64,000 bases of DNA from an uncultured delta proteobacterium (GTDB taxonomy: Bacteria > Myxococcota_A > Polyangia > Polyangiales > JAFGIB01). Positions 1 to 9,275 of this stretch are shown here, piece after piece. Under the pieces are notes generated by a model. It saw only the letters and a list, made by a program, of their open reading frames with translations. It was not told the DNA's origin and searched no databases. Numbering within the stretch: position 1 is the stretch's first letter; the number at the start of each line of letters is the position of its first letter. The stretch is from contig CAVZVA010000002.1 in NCBI GenBank assembly GCA_963778655.1, forward strand, positions 320,001 to 384,000, written 5' to 3'. Both the position numbers and the translations under genes were made by a program.

Positions 1-1167
1 CTGGCCTTCGACACCGCGTTGCGCGCGCTGGAGGGCGAGCGGCCGCGGAACCTGCTGCGTGCTGGTTTGTGGGTGCTGCCGCTGACGGCCATGCTGGGCG
101 CGATACGCCTGCTGCCGATCGCCGACGAGCTCGACCGCAGCCCGCGCACGACGCGAAACGTAGACGGGGTGTCCTTGCGCGAGGTGCTGGAGATGCTCAC
201 CGCACGCCAGCACGCCTGGCGTTACACGGGACACGATTTTGTGTGGCCGGAGTACGCCACGTACGTCGGCTACGGCGTCCTGTGTTTGGCCGCGGTCGGT
301 TGCCTGCGTGCGTGGCGCAAGCCCTGGCCGGGCGCCGCCGCGGGCCTGCTGGTGTTCCTCGGTCTGATGATGGGATTTCACGGGCCCGCTTCGCCTTGGT
401 CACTGGTACACCACCTGCCGATCTACGACTCGCTGCGCGTGCCGTCGCGCTTCGCGGTGTTCTTCACCTTCTATCTCGCGCTGCTGGCGGGTCGCGGCCT
501 GGACGTCACGGCCGCGTGGCTGCAACCGCCGAGCGCAGGCGTCTGGCTGAAGCGCATCGGGATCGCCTTGCCCTACGTAGCGATCGCGGCGATCGCGTTC
601 GACATGCGCAAGGTGCACAGACCGACGCTCGACCGCTGGACCGAACCGCCGGTGATCACCGATCGGGTCTCGCCGCGCTACTACCTCAGCCCCCTACCCT
701 ACGGCACCTACTACGCGAGCTTTCCACGCATGAATCTCGGCTCGGCCGGCTGCTACGAGGGGATGACGTTCACACCCGCCCGCGGCCTGTGGACAGGCGA
801 CCGCCCGCAAGCGCGGCTGCTGCAAGGCGCCGGCACCGTGAGCGGCTTCGGGCGCACCACGTCGCGAGCCTGGGTCGATGTGACGCTGAAGGGGGCGGGC
901 GCAGTGCTGTTCGACCAGAACTACGACCGGGACTGGGAGAGCTCCGCAGGCAGCGTGGTCGACCACTTCGGCATGCTCGCGGTCGAGCTGCCGGCCGGAA
1001 CCTATCACCTGACGCTGCGCTACCTCCCGCGCACCCTGCTCCCCGGCGCCATCCTGAGCCTGCTCGGCGCCCTCCTCGCCCTCGCCCTGGCCACCGGCCG
1101 CCTACCCCGTCTCAAGCGGCGAGGTCCGTGGTCACAATCGCGACCTGGCCCTCGGTCGTCCTCGTAG
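1..1167 (+). CDS. YfhO-like / GT-C-type multi-pass membrane protein (5' partial)
   Basis: Frame is open from base 1. Several TM segments, a 'LPIYDSLRVPSRF' motif, and a C-terminal 'DQNYDRDW...VELPAGTYHLTLRYLP' plus terminal TM helix, as in YfhO-like proteins. Confidence 0.6.
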   Translation: MAFDTALRALEGERPRNLLRAGLWVLPLTAMLGAIRLLPIADELDRSPRTTRNVDGVSLREVLEMLTARQHAWRYTGHDFVWPEYATYVGYGVLCLAAVGCLRAWRKPWPGAAAGLLVFLGLMMGFHGPASPWSLVHHLPIYDSLRVPSRFAVFFTFYLALLAGRGLDVTAAWLQPPSAGVWLKRIGIALPYVAIAAIAFDMRKVHRPTLDRWTEPPVITDRVSPRYYLSPLPYGTYYASFPRMNLGSAGCYEGMTFTPARGLWTGDRPQARLLQGAGTVSGFGRTTSRAWVDVTLKGAGAVLFDQNYDRDWESSAGSVVDHFGMLAVELPAGTYHLTLRYLPRTLLPGAILSLLGALLALALATGRLPRLKRRGPWSQSRPGPRSSS

Positions 1168-1366
1168 CCGCCCGCGCTACCGCGGCGCCTTCCCCCATGC
1201 TATCGCTAGTGCGGCGTCCGCGAGATGGGATCAGGGATCGTGAGTGAGGTGGGTCCGAGCGCAAGCCGCCGCAGCGCAGGAATACGCCGTGTATTTCAAG
1301 CTGTGGCAACGCCGCGATCGGGCCGGCATCGCTCGCGAGGATTGATTCTATCTCGCGGACGCTGCA

Positions 1367-1538
1367 CTAGAGCACCGAAACATAGTGAAACACGCACGAT
1401 TTCGGGGCCCTCGCGGGCGCATGGCACGCGCGCTCCCCGCTCGACGCAGGATGTACTACGCCTTCGGGCTCCCGCCCGCACCCTGCATCCCGCCATGACC
1501 CCGACTTCGCACACGTTCCAATATGGTCGGTGCTCTGG
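1367..1538 (+). mobile_element. MITE-like non-autonomous element, copy 1 (~172 bp)
   Basis: Ends CTAGAGCACCGAAACAT...ATGGTCGGTGCTCTGG (imperfect TIR). Near-identical to the reverse complement of 42347-42517. Confidence 0.8.
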
Positions 1539-1727
1539 TCCCCTGGAACCGTGATAGCTGTGCAATATCGGCGCGGAATCGGCGTTGCTCGCAAGGCGCG
1601 CGACGCAGGAACGGTAGGCCCCCTTTCAAGGAGCGCAACGCCGCGAGCAGCGTCGAGGGCGTGTCGAGATTGCGCAGAAATCACTGGTCCAGGAGACTAG
1701 CCGTTCGCAACCCCCGAACCCCGGCGT

Positions 1728-2384
1728 ATGCGCGCGATCCGGCACGTCATCTGGGACTTCAACGGCACGCTGCTCGATGACGTCGATTGCTGCGTCGACA
1801 CGCTGAATACCCTGCTGATCGAGCGCAACTTACAGCCGATCTCGCGCGCGCAATACCGCGCGCGCTTCGGGTTCCCGGTGCGCCCCTTCTACGTCGAGCT
1901 CGGCTTCGACTTCGAACGCGAGGACTTCGAGCGGGTCGCCGGCACCTACATGGCGCGCTACGCAGAGCGCATCGCGGCCGCCGGCCCCCAGCAGGGCGCG
2001 CACGCCGCCCTCACCGCCGTTCGCCTCCGCGGCGCCGGCCAATCCGTGCTGTCCGCGATGGAGCACAGCCTGCTGCAGCACCTGCTGCGGCACTTCGACT
2101 TGCACGAGCCCATGACCCACGTGCGCGGGCTCGACCACAACGGCGCCAGCTCCAAGGTCGCCCTGGGGCTCGCGCTGCGGCGTGAGCTGCCGCTCGAGCC
2201 CGACGAGCTGCTGCTGGTCGGCGACACCCTGCACGATCACGAGACCGCGCGCGCGCTGGGATGCCGCTGCCTGCTTTTCGCGCACGGACACCAGGACCCC
2301 TCGCGTCTTTCCGACAGCGGGGCTCCCGTGATCGAGTCGCTGGCTCAAGTCGCCGCCGCGATCGACGAAAGCGGCGCTGCATGA
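1728..2384 (+). CDS. HAD-family hydrolase (phosphoglycolate phosphatase-like)
   Basis: Motif I 'WDFNGTLLDD' and motif IV 'LVGDTLHD'. Confidence 0.9.
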   Translation: MRAIRHVIWDFNGTLLDDVDCCVDTLNTLLIERNLQPISRAQYRARFGFPVRPFYVELGFDFEREDFERVAGTYMARYAERIAAAGPQQGAHAALTAVRLRGAGQSVLSAMEHSLLQHLLRHFDLHEPMTHVRGLDHNGASSKVALGLALRRELPLEPDELLLVGDTLHDHETARALGCRCLLFAHGHQDPSRLSDSGAPVIESLAQVAAAIDESGAA

Positions 2385-2523
2385 AGGGCACCCCGTCACG
2401 CGTCGAGGCCTCCTTCGCCACAGGGCAACCCGCGAGCGCAGCGAGCCTCGCGGGGGGGTGGGGGCCCAACGGCTTTGCCGGTGGGGCGGGGAGAACGCGT
2501 GCCCTCCCCGATCGGGAGACCCC

Positions 2524-4143
2524 ATGAAGGTGCTGCGCTTCGTGCTGCGCTCGGCCGGGCCGGCCGCGCTCGCGATGGGGGTGCTCGGCGCCGCCGGCGC
2601 GGCCTTCAACGGCGGCCTGATCGCGGTCGTGCACCATGCGCTCGGCGCGCAAGGGCAGCAGCGCATGCTCGCGCTCGCGTTCGTCGGGCTCGGCCTCGGC
2701 AAGCTGGTCACCGCGTACGCCTCGGGACGCATGGCCGACGCTTATGCGCAGGAGTCGGTGGCGGAGCTGCGACGCGAGCTGATCGGCAAGCTGCTCGACG
2801 TCCCGTACGCGCGCTTCGAGCAGCTCGGCGCGCCACGCGTGCATGCGGCGCTGACCAGCGACGTGTCGATCATCAATGCCTCGCTGCAAGCCAGCGCCCA
2901 GGCCGTGGTCAACCTGGCCATCCTGATTGGCGCTACGGTCTATCTGGTGTACCTCGACCCGCGCGCCGGTCTTGCCCTACTCGCGCTGGCCGGCCTGTGC
3001 TTTCTGGTGTACCGGGCGACCAGCCGCAACGCGCGCGCGCTCTTGTCGCGCGCGCGGGCGGAGCACGACCGGCTGTACTCCCTGTTCGCCGCGCTGACCG
3101 ACGGCATCAAGGAGCTCAAGCTGCACGCCCGGCGCCGTCGCGCCTTCGTCGACGGGCCGTTGCTCGAGGCCACCGAATCCATGCTCGAGCACGACCTGCT
3201 GGGTCACTCGCGCTATCTGTTGGCCCAGGGCGTCAACGGGCTGCTGCTGCTGACGATGATCGGTTTGGTGCTGTTCGCACTGCCGCTGCCGCACGATGCG
3301 CGCGGCGGGCTGGTCTCGGGCTACGTGCTGACCGGGCTGTATCTGCTCGGCCCGCTGACCGCGCTGTTGCGCTTGCTGCCGGTGTACACCGCGGCCGAGA
3401 TCGCGCTGCGGCGGATCGAGGAAGTCGGCGTACGCCTGGACGCCGCGGACCCCGAGCACGACGCCGATCCAGAGCAGCAACCAGGGTTCGACAGCCTGGA
3501 GTTGTGCGCAGTCACGCACCTCTACGAGGGGCCGCGCGGCGGTTTCGAGCTGGGACCGATCTCGCTGCGCATCGCACCCGCCGAGATCGTGTTCGTGACG
3601 GGGGGTAACGGCAGCGGCAAGTCGACGCTGGGCAAGTTGCTGACCGGCCTGTACGCGCCGGGATCGGGCGAGCTGCGCTGGGACGGCCGTGCGGTGGGGC
3701 CGGAGCAGCGCGACAGCTATCGCCAGCTGTGGAGCGCGGTCTTCTCGGAGCTGCACGTCTTCGATCGCCTGTACGGGCTGCCCGGGCGCGACCTCGACGC
3801 ACGTGCCAATGCCTGGATCGCGGAGCTGGGGCTCGCGGGCAACGTGCGCGTCGAAGGCGGCGTGCTGTCCTCGGTGGACCTCTCCCGAGGTCAGCGCAAG
3901 CGCCTGGCACTGCTCACCGCGCTGCTCGAGGACCGTCCGATCTATCTGTTCGACGAGTGGGCGGCCGATCAGGACGGCGAGTTCAAGCAGGTCTTCTACC
4001 GGCGCCTACTGCCGCGGCTCAAGCAGCGAGGCAAGGCGGTGATCGTGATCACGCACGACGATCGGTACTACGGGGTGGCCGATCGATTGATCGAGCTGGT
4101 CGAGGGCAGGCTCGCCGAGGTCCGGCCCGCGGCCGAGGCGTAG
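2524..4143 (+). CDS. Cyclic peptide export ABC transporter (SyrD/PvdE/YojI family), fused TMD+NBD
   Basis: 'DGIKELKL', Walker A GGNGSGKST, signature 'LSRGQRKRLAL', Walker B 'YLFDEWAADQD', 'ITHDDRY'. GGAGA RBS before ATG 2524. Confidence 0.92.
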   Translation: MKVLRFVLRSAGPAALAMGVLGAAGAAFNGGLIAVVHHALGAQGQQRMLALAFVGLGLGKLVTAYASGRMADAYAQESVAELRRELIGKLLDVPYARFEQLGAPRVHAALTSDVSIINASLQASAQAVVNLAILIGATVYLVYLDPRAGLALLALAGLCFLVYRATSRNARALLSRARAEHDRLYSLFAALTDGIKELKLHARRRRAFVDGPLLEATESMLEHDLLGHSRYLLAQGVNGLLLLTMIGLVLFALPLPHDARGGLVSGYVLTGLYLLGPLTALLRLLPVYTAAEIALRRIEEVGVRLDAADPEHDADPEQQPGFDSLELCAVTHLYEGPRGGFELGPISLRIAPAEIVFVTGGNGSGKSTLGKLLTGLYAPGSGELRWDGRAVGPEQRDSYRQLWSAVFSELHVFDRLYGLPGRDLDARANAWIAELGLAGNVRVEGGVLSSVDLSRGQRKRLALLTALLEDRPIYLFDEWAADQDGEFKQVFYRRLLPRLKQRGKAVIVITHDDRYYGVADRLIELVEGRLAEVRPAAEA

Positions 4144-4376
4144 CGAGGTCAAGCCGGGCTGTGCGGTCAAGACAGGAATGGGCTGCCGAGGACGACTGGG
4201 GCTACGGCTACGAGCGCGCGGGCAGGGCCGGGACTACGGCCGCTGGGGGCCGGTGAGCAAGGAAGTGCGCGGGGCCCGGGGCAGCGCGGTTGCATCGCCC
4301 GGAGCGTGGGCGGCTGCTATGCTACCTTTGGAGATAGGTTGCTCGGATTGGCGCAGCATGTGGGTGAAGTGAGGCG

Positions 4377-5081
4377 ATGGTGCGCGCTTTCTTAGTCGTC
4401 GCTTGGTTGTCGATGCTCGGGCTGCTCGGCTGTAGCAACGGCACGAACGCGCCGGGTTGCGTCTCAGGGCAGCGCACGCTCTGCGCCTGCGCGGACGGCA
4501 GCTCCGGCGTGCAGACCTGCTTGATCGACAACAGCTACGCAGCCTGTGAGTGTGCCCAGCCCACCACCGGCTCGCCGGCGCAGGGCGCGACCGTCTCGCC
4601 ACCGGCGACTGGGGGCGGCGCCGCGCCGCCGGTGGCGGGCCAGGCGGGCACCGGCGGCAGCGCACCGGGCGGACCGCCGGCCGGCAGCGGTGGGATGGGC
4701 GCTACGGGCGGCAGCCCGGCGACGGGCGGCGTAGGGGGCGCCGGTGGACGCTCGGGCGCCGGCGGCGGAGCGGCAGTCGCGCCCGCCGACTACGGCTACT
4801 GCACGATGACCTCGCAGTGCGCCGCCGGAGCTGCGTGCGCGATGCCGAGCAACGGCCGCGGCGGCGGGGGGAATGCTCCAACCGCGGGCTATTGCAGCCC
4901 TCCGTGCTCGGCCGGGCGGCAGTGTCCGCAACCGCAGGGCGGCAGCGTGACCGCCAACTGCATCGCCGGGGCATGCTTTCTCGGCAGCTGCCAGCAGGCC
5001 GACTGTCCCACCGGCATGACCTGCATCGAGACCAAGCTCGGGCCGACGTCGGTGTTCAGCTGCGAGTATCCGGCCAGGTAG
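4377..5081 (+). CDS. Cys-rich lipoprotein with Gly/Pro linker
   Basis: Lipobox LLGC, 'CVSGQRTLCACADGSSGVQTC' module, Gly-rich spacer and C-terminal Cys-rich domain. GAGG RBS. Confidence 0.8.
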   Translation: MVRAFLVVAWLSMLGLLGCSNGTNAPGCVSGQRTLCACADGSSGVQTCLIDNSYAACECAQPTTGSPAQGATVSPPATGGGAAPPVAGQAGTGGSAPGGPPAGSGGMGATGGSPATGGVGGAGGRSGAGGGAAVAPADYGYCTMTSQCAAGAACAMPSNGRGGGGNAPTAGYCSPPCSAGRQCPQPQGGSVTANCIAGACFLGSCQQADCPTGMTCIETKLGPTSVFSCEYPAR

Positions 5082-5208
5082 CGCGACCACGGCGAGCGCC
5101 GCCGCGGTGCGCGCACCTGAGCTCGTGTCGCACGCTCTACGCCAAACCGAGCGGCGGATTCGAGCGTTGGTCACGCAGCGCGTGCGCCAGTGCGATAGAC
5201 TCTGGTGC

Positions 5209-7044
5209 ATGAGGGCTTCGGCTTTTCGATGGGGCGCGTGCGTCGTGCTGGCGTGCGCAATCGGCGCGTGCGGCGGCAAGAAGAACGGCCCCGCCGAAGG
5301 CGTTTCCGCCGGCGGTATGAAGGACGGCGGACCCAAGACCATGAAGAAGCCCGACGCTGGTGCTGCAGACGCGAGCGTCAAGCACGATGCGAGCGCGCAG
5401 AAGGACTCGGGGCCCAGCGACGCGGGCAGCGACGGCTCCAGCTCCAACCCGTTCGATTACGACGCTTCCGGCGACTACACGATGTACATGGACCCCAATG
5501 CGGACGCCGGTCCTCCGCCCGACGCGTGGAGCTGTCCGGCCGCGATGTGGGCCGACGGCACGTGCGACTGCGGCTGCTCGGTCGCCGACTTCGATTGCAA
5601 GAACCGCCCCACCGGTTGCATCGATCCCGGGTGCGTGCCGCAGAACGCCAACAATTGCGACGCGTGCTTCACGCTCAGCGGATCCTGGAAACCGTGCACC
5701 GCCGATCCCGACCCGCAGGACTGGAGCTGCGATCCGCTGCAGATGGCCGACGGTCTGTGCGACTGCGGCTGCGGCATCGCCGATCCGGATTGCTTCGGCC
5801 AGGGCTGCAGCGAGCCCGGTTGCCGCACGCCCAAGTGCGACGTGCGTCATGGTTGCAGCGCGGCGCAGATGACGGCCGGCGACGACTGCTCCACGGTCAA
5901 TCCGACGCTGCTGACCGGAGGCGCCTGGAAGTGTCCGTGGGACCGCTACGCCTCGGGCGACGGCTGCGACTGCGGCTGCGGCGTGCCCGACCCCGACTGC
6001 GCGAACGGAGGCGGCTGCACCGCGGGCCGCTGCTACGAGGCGTCGTGCGACCGCTGCAGTGACGCGCAGGGCCGTCCCTATTCCTGCGATGCCGCGCAGG
6101 CCGGCTGGGACGACGACATCGTGGGCGACTCGTCGAGCCAGGAACCCTCGCAGTGCAACGGCACGCACTTCGGCACCGGCGACGGCTGCGATTGCGGCTG
6201 CGGCGGCCACGATCCGGATTGTGGCTCGGCCGGCTGCGACCTACCCGGTTGCATGCCGAACGACGGCTGCGACCGCTGCACCGACGCGGTCTCGCTGCGG
6301 CCGAGCGGCTGCAACGTGCCCTCCGGCTGGACCTGCGACGCGAAGCACTTCGGCACCGGCGACGGTTGCGACTGCGGTTGCGGCGCGCACGACCCGGACT
6401 GCGGCAGCGGCAACGACTGCACGGGCGCAGGCTGCACCGCGGACGGCTGCGACGTGTGCAACGACGGGGCCGGCGGCTACGTGCAGTGCCCGGGCTGGAC
6501 CTGCACCACCAATGCCAGCGTCGGCGCCTTCGGCGACGCCGTCTGCGACTGCGGCTGCGGCGTGATCGACCCGTTCTGCCGCGACACCGGTCGCGTGAGC
6601 TGCACCGGCGCGGGCTGCGAGACCGCGGCCTGCCAGAATTGCAATGACAGCGACGGCAACCGCACCGCCTGCGGCGGAGAGTGGACCAGCAACCAAGGCG
6701 GCGCCAGCAGCGCGTGCAACCTGCAGAGCTACGGTCTGGACGGCCTGTGCGATTGCGGCTGCGGGGCGCACGACCCCGACTGCGGCAGCGGCAACGACTG
6801 CACGGGCAAGGGCTGCGTCGCCGAGGACTGCGACGTGTGCCACGACGGGTCGCTGCTCAAGGTCTGCACGCAGTGGACCTGCGATGCGAGCGCATACGGC
6901 ACGGGCGACGGTTGTGACTGCGGCTGCGGGGCGCCCGACCCGGACTGCGCCGGGGGTGGCTGCACCCAACCCGGGTGCAAGGACAAGGCTGGCAAATGCG
7001 ACACCTGCCACGATCCCTTCGGCCGCCCGGTGGCATGCCCCTGA
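5209..7044 (+). CDS. Cys-rich repeat lipoprotein (8 x CDCGC(G/S)xxD(P/F)xC, LNR/Notch-like)
   Basis: Lipobox IGAC, D-A-G linker, then eight C...CDCGC...D.(D/F)C repeats, most preceded by W-x-C. Confidence 0.85.
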   Translation: MRASAFRWGACVVLACAIGACGGKKNGPAEGVSAGGMKDGGPKTMKKPDAGAADASVKHDASAQKDSGPSDAGSDGSSSNPFDYDASGDYTMYMDPNADAGPPPDAWSCPAAMWADGTCDCGCSVADFDCKNRPTGCIDPGCVPQNANNCDACFTLSGSWKPCTADPDPQDWSCDPLQMADGLCDCGCGIADPDCFGQGCSEPGCRTPKCDVRHGCSAAQMTAGDDCSTVNPTLLTGGAWKCPWDRYASGDGCDCGCGVPDPDCANGGGCTAGRCYEASCDRCSDAQGRPYSCDAAQAGWDDDIVGDSSSQEPSQCNGTHFGTGDGCDCGCGGHDPDCGSAGCDLPGCMPNDGCDRCTDAVSLRPSGCNVPSGWTCDAKHFGTGDGCDCGCGAHDPDCGSGNDCTGAGCTADGCDVCNDGAGGYVQCPGWTCTTNASVGAFGDAVCDCGCGVIDPFCRDTGRVSCTGAGCETAACQNCNDSDGNRTACGGEWTSNQGGASSACNLQSYGLDGLCDCGCGAHDPDCGSGNDCTGKGCVAEDCDVCHDGSLLKVCTQWTCDASAYGTGDGCDCGCGAPDPDCAGGGCTQPGCKDKAGKCDTCHDPFGRPVACP

Positions 7045-9035
7045 TGCCGGGCAGAGCCGAGCGCCGGATCGCGCTCGCCGCCGCAGCCGCGCTGCTGTGC
7101 GCGTGCAGCGGCAAGAAGCACCATGCGATGGACGCGGGTAGTGACGGCGGCATGACTCATCCCGCGCAGACCGACGCCGGGCCCAAGGGGCCCAAGGACG
7201 CGCAGGTCACCAAGCCGCCGCTCGATGCCGGGCCCGCCGGCGGCGGCGGCTCCGGCGGGATGAGCGCGACCAACGACGAGGACGCGGGCGTGGCCTGCAA
7301 CCTGAGCGCGTGCCAGCAGAAGGGCGACGCCTGCAATCTCGCGTACTGCGACAAGAAGACGGGCGAGTGCAAGCTGATGCCGAGGCCCGACGGGACAGCG
7401 TGCGGGCGCGTGACCCAGAACGAGTGCACCGCACCGGACTCGTGCCAGGCCGGGGTGTGCGTTCCCAACGACGCGCCTGCAGGCACGCCTTGCGGCGCCC
7501 AGGTTGGCGACTGTTACAACGCCGACGCGTGCGACGGCCACGGGCAGTGCGCGGTCGGCGGCCCCAAGCCGGAGGGCAGCGCGTGCGGGGACTCGAGCGC
7601 GAGCGCTTGCGACCAGCCCGACACCTGTGACGCCAACGGCGTGTGCCAGAGCAACTACGCGCCGCTTGGCGCGGCCTGCGGCGACCAGGGCGTGGCCTGT
7701 CACAACGACGACAGCTGCGACGGGCAGGGCCAGTGCGTGGACAACGGGTTGTGGATGGCCGGCGCGTGCCCGCTGGGCGAGAACGCGCAGGGTTGCCGCT
7801 GCGGCGATCAAAGCCTGACCGAGTGTCACCCGCAGGCGGACTACTGCGACAACGGCAGCTGCACCAGCGTGACGCTCCCGGACGGCAGCGCCTGTGGCTC
7901 ACACGCCGACAACGAGTGCGACAAGCCGGACACCTGTTCCGGCGGGCAATGCGTGACCAACTACGTGCCACAGGGCTCGGCCTGCGGCAATCGCACCACC
8001 GACACCGCGTGCGACAGGCCCGATGTCTGCGACGGGTCGGGCGGCTGCGACCCGAGCTTCAGCCCCTCCAACACGGTCTGCGGAGCTCCGGTGGACGAGT
8101 GCCACCTGGAGTCGCGCTGCAACGGCTCGGGAAGCTGTGGCGCGGGTGCGCCTGCGCCGCTGGACACCATGTGCGGGGACTCGAGCGAGAGCGCCTGCGA
8201 CCACGCCGACAGCTGCGATGGAAACGGCCTGTGCCGAGACAACCTCGCGAGCGCAGGCGCCACCTGCGGCGACCAGAGCGGCACCGAGTGCGACCACCCC
8301 GACAGCTGCGACGGCAGCGGCGCTTGCCAGCCGAACTACGCGGCGGCCGGCAGCGCCTGTGGCGACCGCGCCGCCACCTGTCTGGTCGCCGACGCCTGCG
8401 ACGGCAGCGGCGGCTGCATCGACAACGGCGTGATCTCGCCCTGCGGCATCGTCGGCACGGTGACGGCCGGCGGCTCGCCGGTGTCAGGCGTGACGGTCGA
8501 GGTGCTGGGCAGCATCCCGGCCAGCACCACCACGGGCACCAACGGCCGCTATCAACTGTCGGTGCCGCTGCTCGAGGACGCAATCCTGCACGTCGCGGGC
8601 ATCAACGGCTATTGGGGCGCGGCGCAGGTACGCAGGTTCACGGCGCAGGACGCCGGGCGCTCCTTCAACTTCGCGCTGCAACCCGACTCCGCAGTCCAGG
8701 TGCCGGGCACCAGCGTCGGGCTGACGGCCGACACCTCCAAGGGCGAGATGGTGCTCACCTTCGGCGGCGGCTTCCTGGTGGGCACCGAGGGCGCGACGCT
8801 GAGCGCGCAGAGCGCGATGCCGATCGCATTTGGCTCCTCGGGCTACCTCTACTCGAGCTCGATCATGTCGACGCAGAACGGCAGCCCGCTGATCTTCATG
8901 AACACCGCACCCGGCAACACCTCCGTGACCCCGGTCAGCGCCAGCAGCAATACCTGCACCCTCAGCGCCAGCAGCCTCAGCCAGTTCCCGGTCTACGCCC
9001 ACGTCGTCACCACGCTCGACGTGATCTGCGAGTAG
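7044..9035 (+). CDS. Cys-rich (disintegrin-like repeat) lipoprotein with C-terminal carboxypeptidase-regulatory-like beta domain
   Basis: TGATG coupling to the upstream gene, lipobox LCAC, tandem 'G.ACG...CD.PD.CDG.G.C' repeats, and 'IVGTVTAGGSPVSGVTVEV...TTTGTNGRYQLSVP'. Confidence 0.85.
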   Translation: MPGRAERRIALAAAAALLCACSGKKHHAMDAGSDGGMTHPAQTDAGPKGPKDAQVTKPPLDAGPAGGGGSGGMSATNDEDAGVACNLSACQQKGDACNLAYCDKKTGECKLMPRPDGTACGRVTQNECTAPDSCQAGVCVPNDAPAGTPCGAQVGDCYNADACDGHGQCAVGGPKPEGSACGDSSASACDQPDTCDANGVCQSNYAPLGAACGDQGVACHNDDSCDGQGQCVDNGLWMAGACPLGENAQGCRCGDQSLTECHPQADYCDNGSCTSVTLPDGSACGSHADNECDKPDTCSGGQCVTNYVPQGSACGNRTTDTACDRPDVCDGSGGCDPSFSPSNTVCGAPVDECHLESRCNGSGSCGAGAPAPLDTMCGDSSESACDHADSCDGNGLCRDNLASAGATCGDQSGTECDHPDSCDGSGACQPNYAAAGSACGDRAATCLVADACDGSGGCIDNGVISPCGIVGTVTAGGSPVSGVTVEVLGSIPASTTTGTNGRYQLSVPLLEDAILHVAGINGYWGAAQVRRFTAQDAGRSFNFALQPDSAVQVPGTSVGLTADTSKGEMVLTFGGGFLVGTEGATLSAQSAMPIAFGSSGYLYSSSIMSTQNGSPLIFMNTAPGNTSVTPVSASSNTCTLSASSLSQFPVYAHVVTTLDVICE

Positions 9036-9275
9036 GCCAGTCGGGCTCGGAGAAACGTGCCATTCGGCGTTCTCCAGGCCTGCGAATGGCGCGCTTCTGC
9101 GTCCCCGCGCGACCCCTGTCCCCGCCCGGCCTCCGCTCATCCCCCCGACCCTCGGCGCGCCGCAACGCACGGCCGGCCACCGAAACCCATCCACGCCGGG
9201 CAAGGCCTTCGTCCTCGGGGGCGCTCAGCGGAGGCGGTCAGCCGGAGCGGTCGAGGCCGGCGCGAAGCCCCCGAC

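Noticed and set aside
5500..8440. CRISPR-like or DNA-level repeat array
   Set aside because: The repeats are in-frame Cys-rich protein repeats with synonymous variation; no cas genes.
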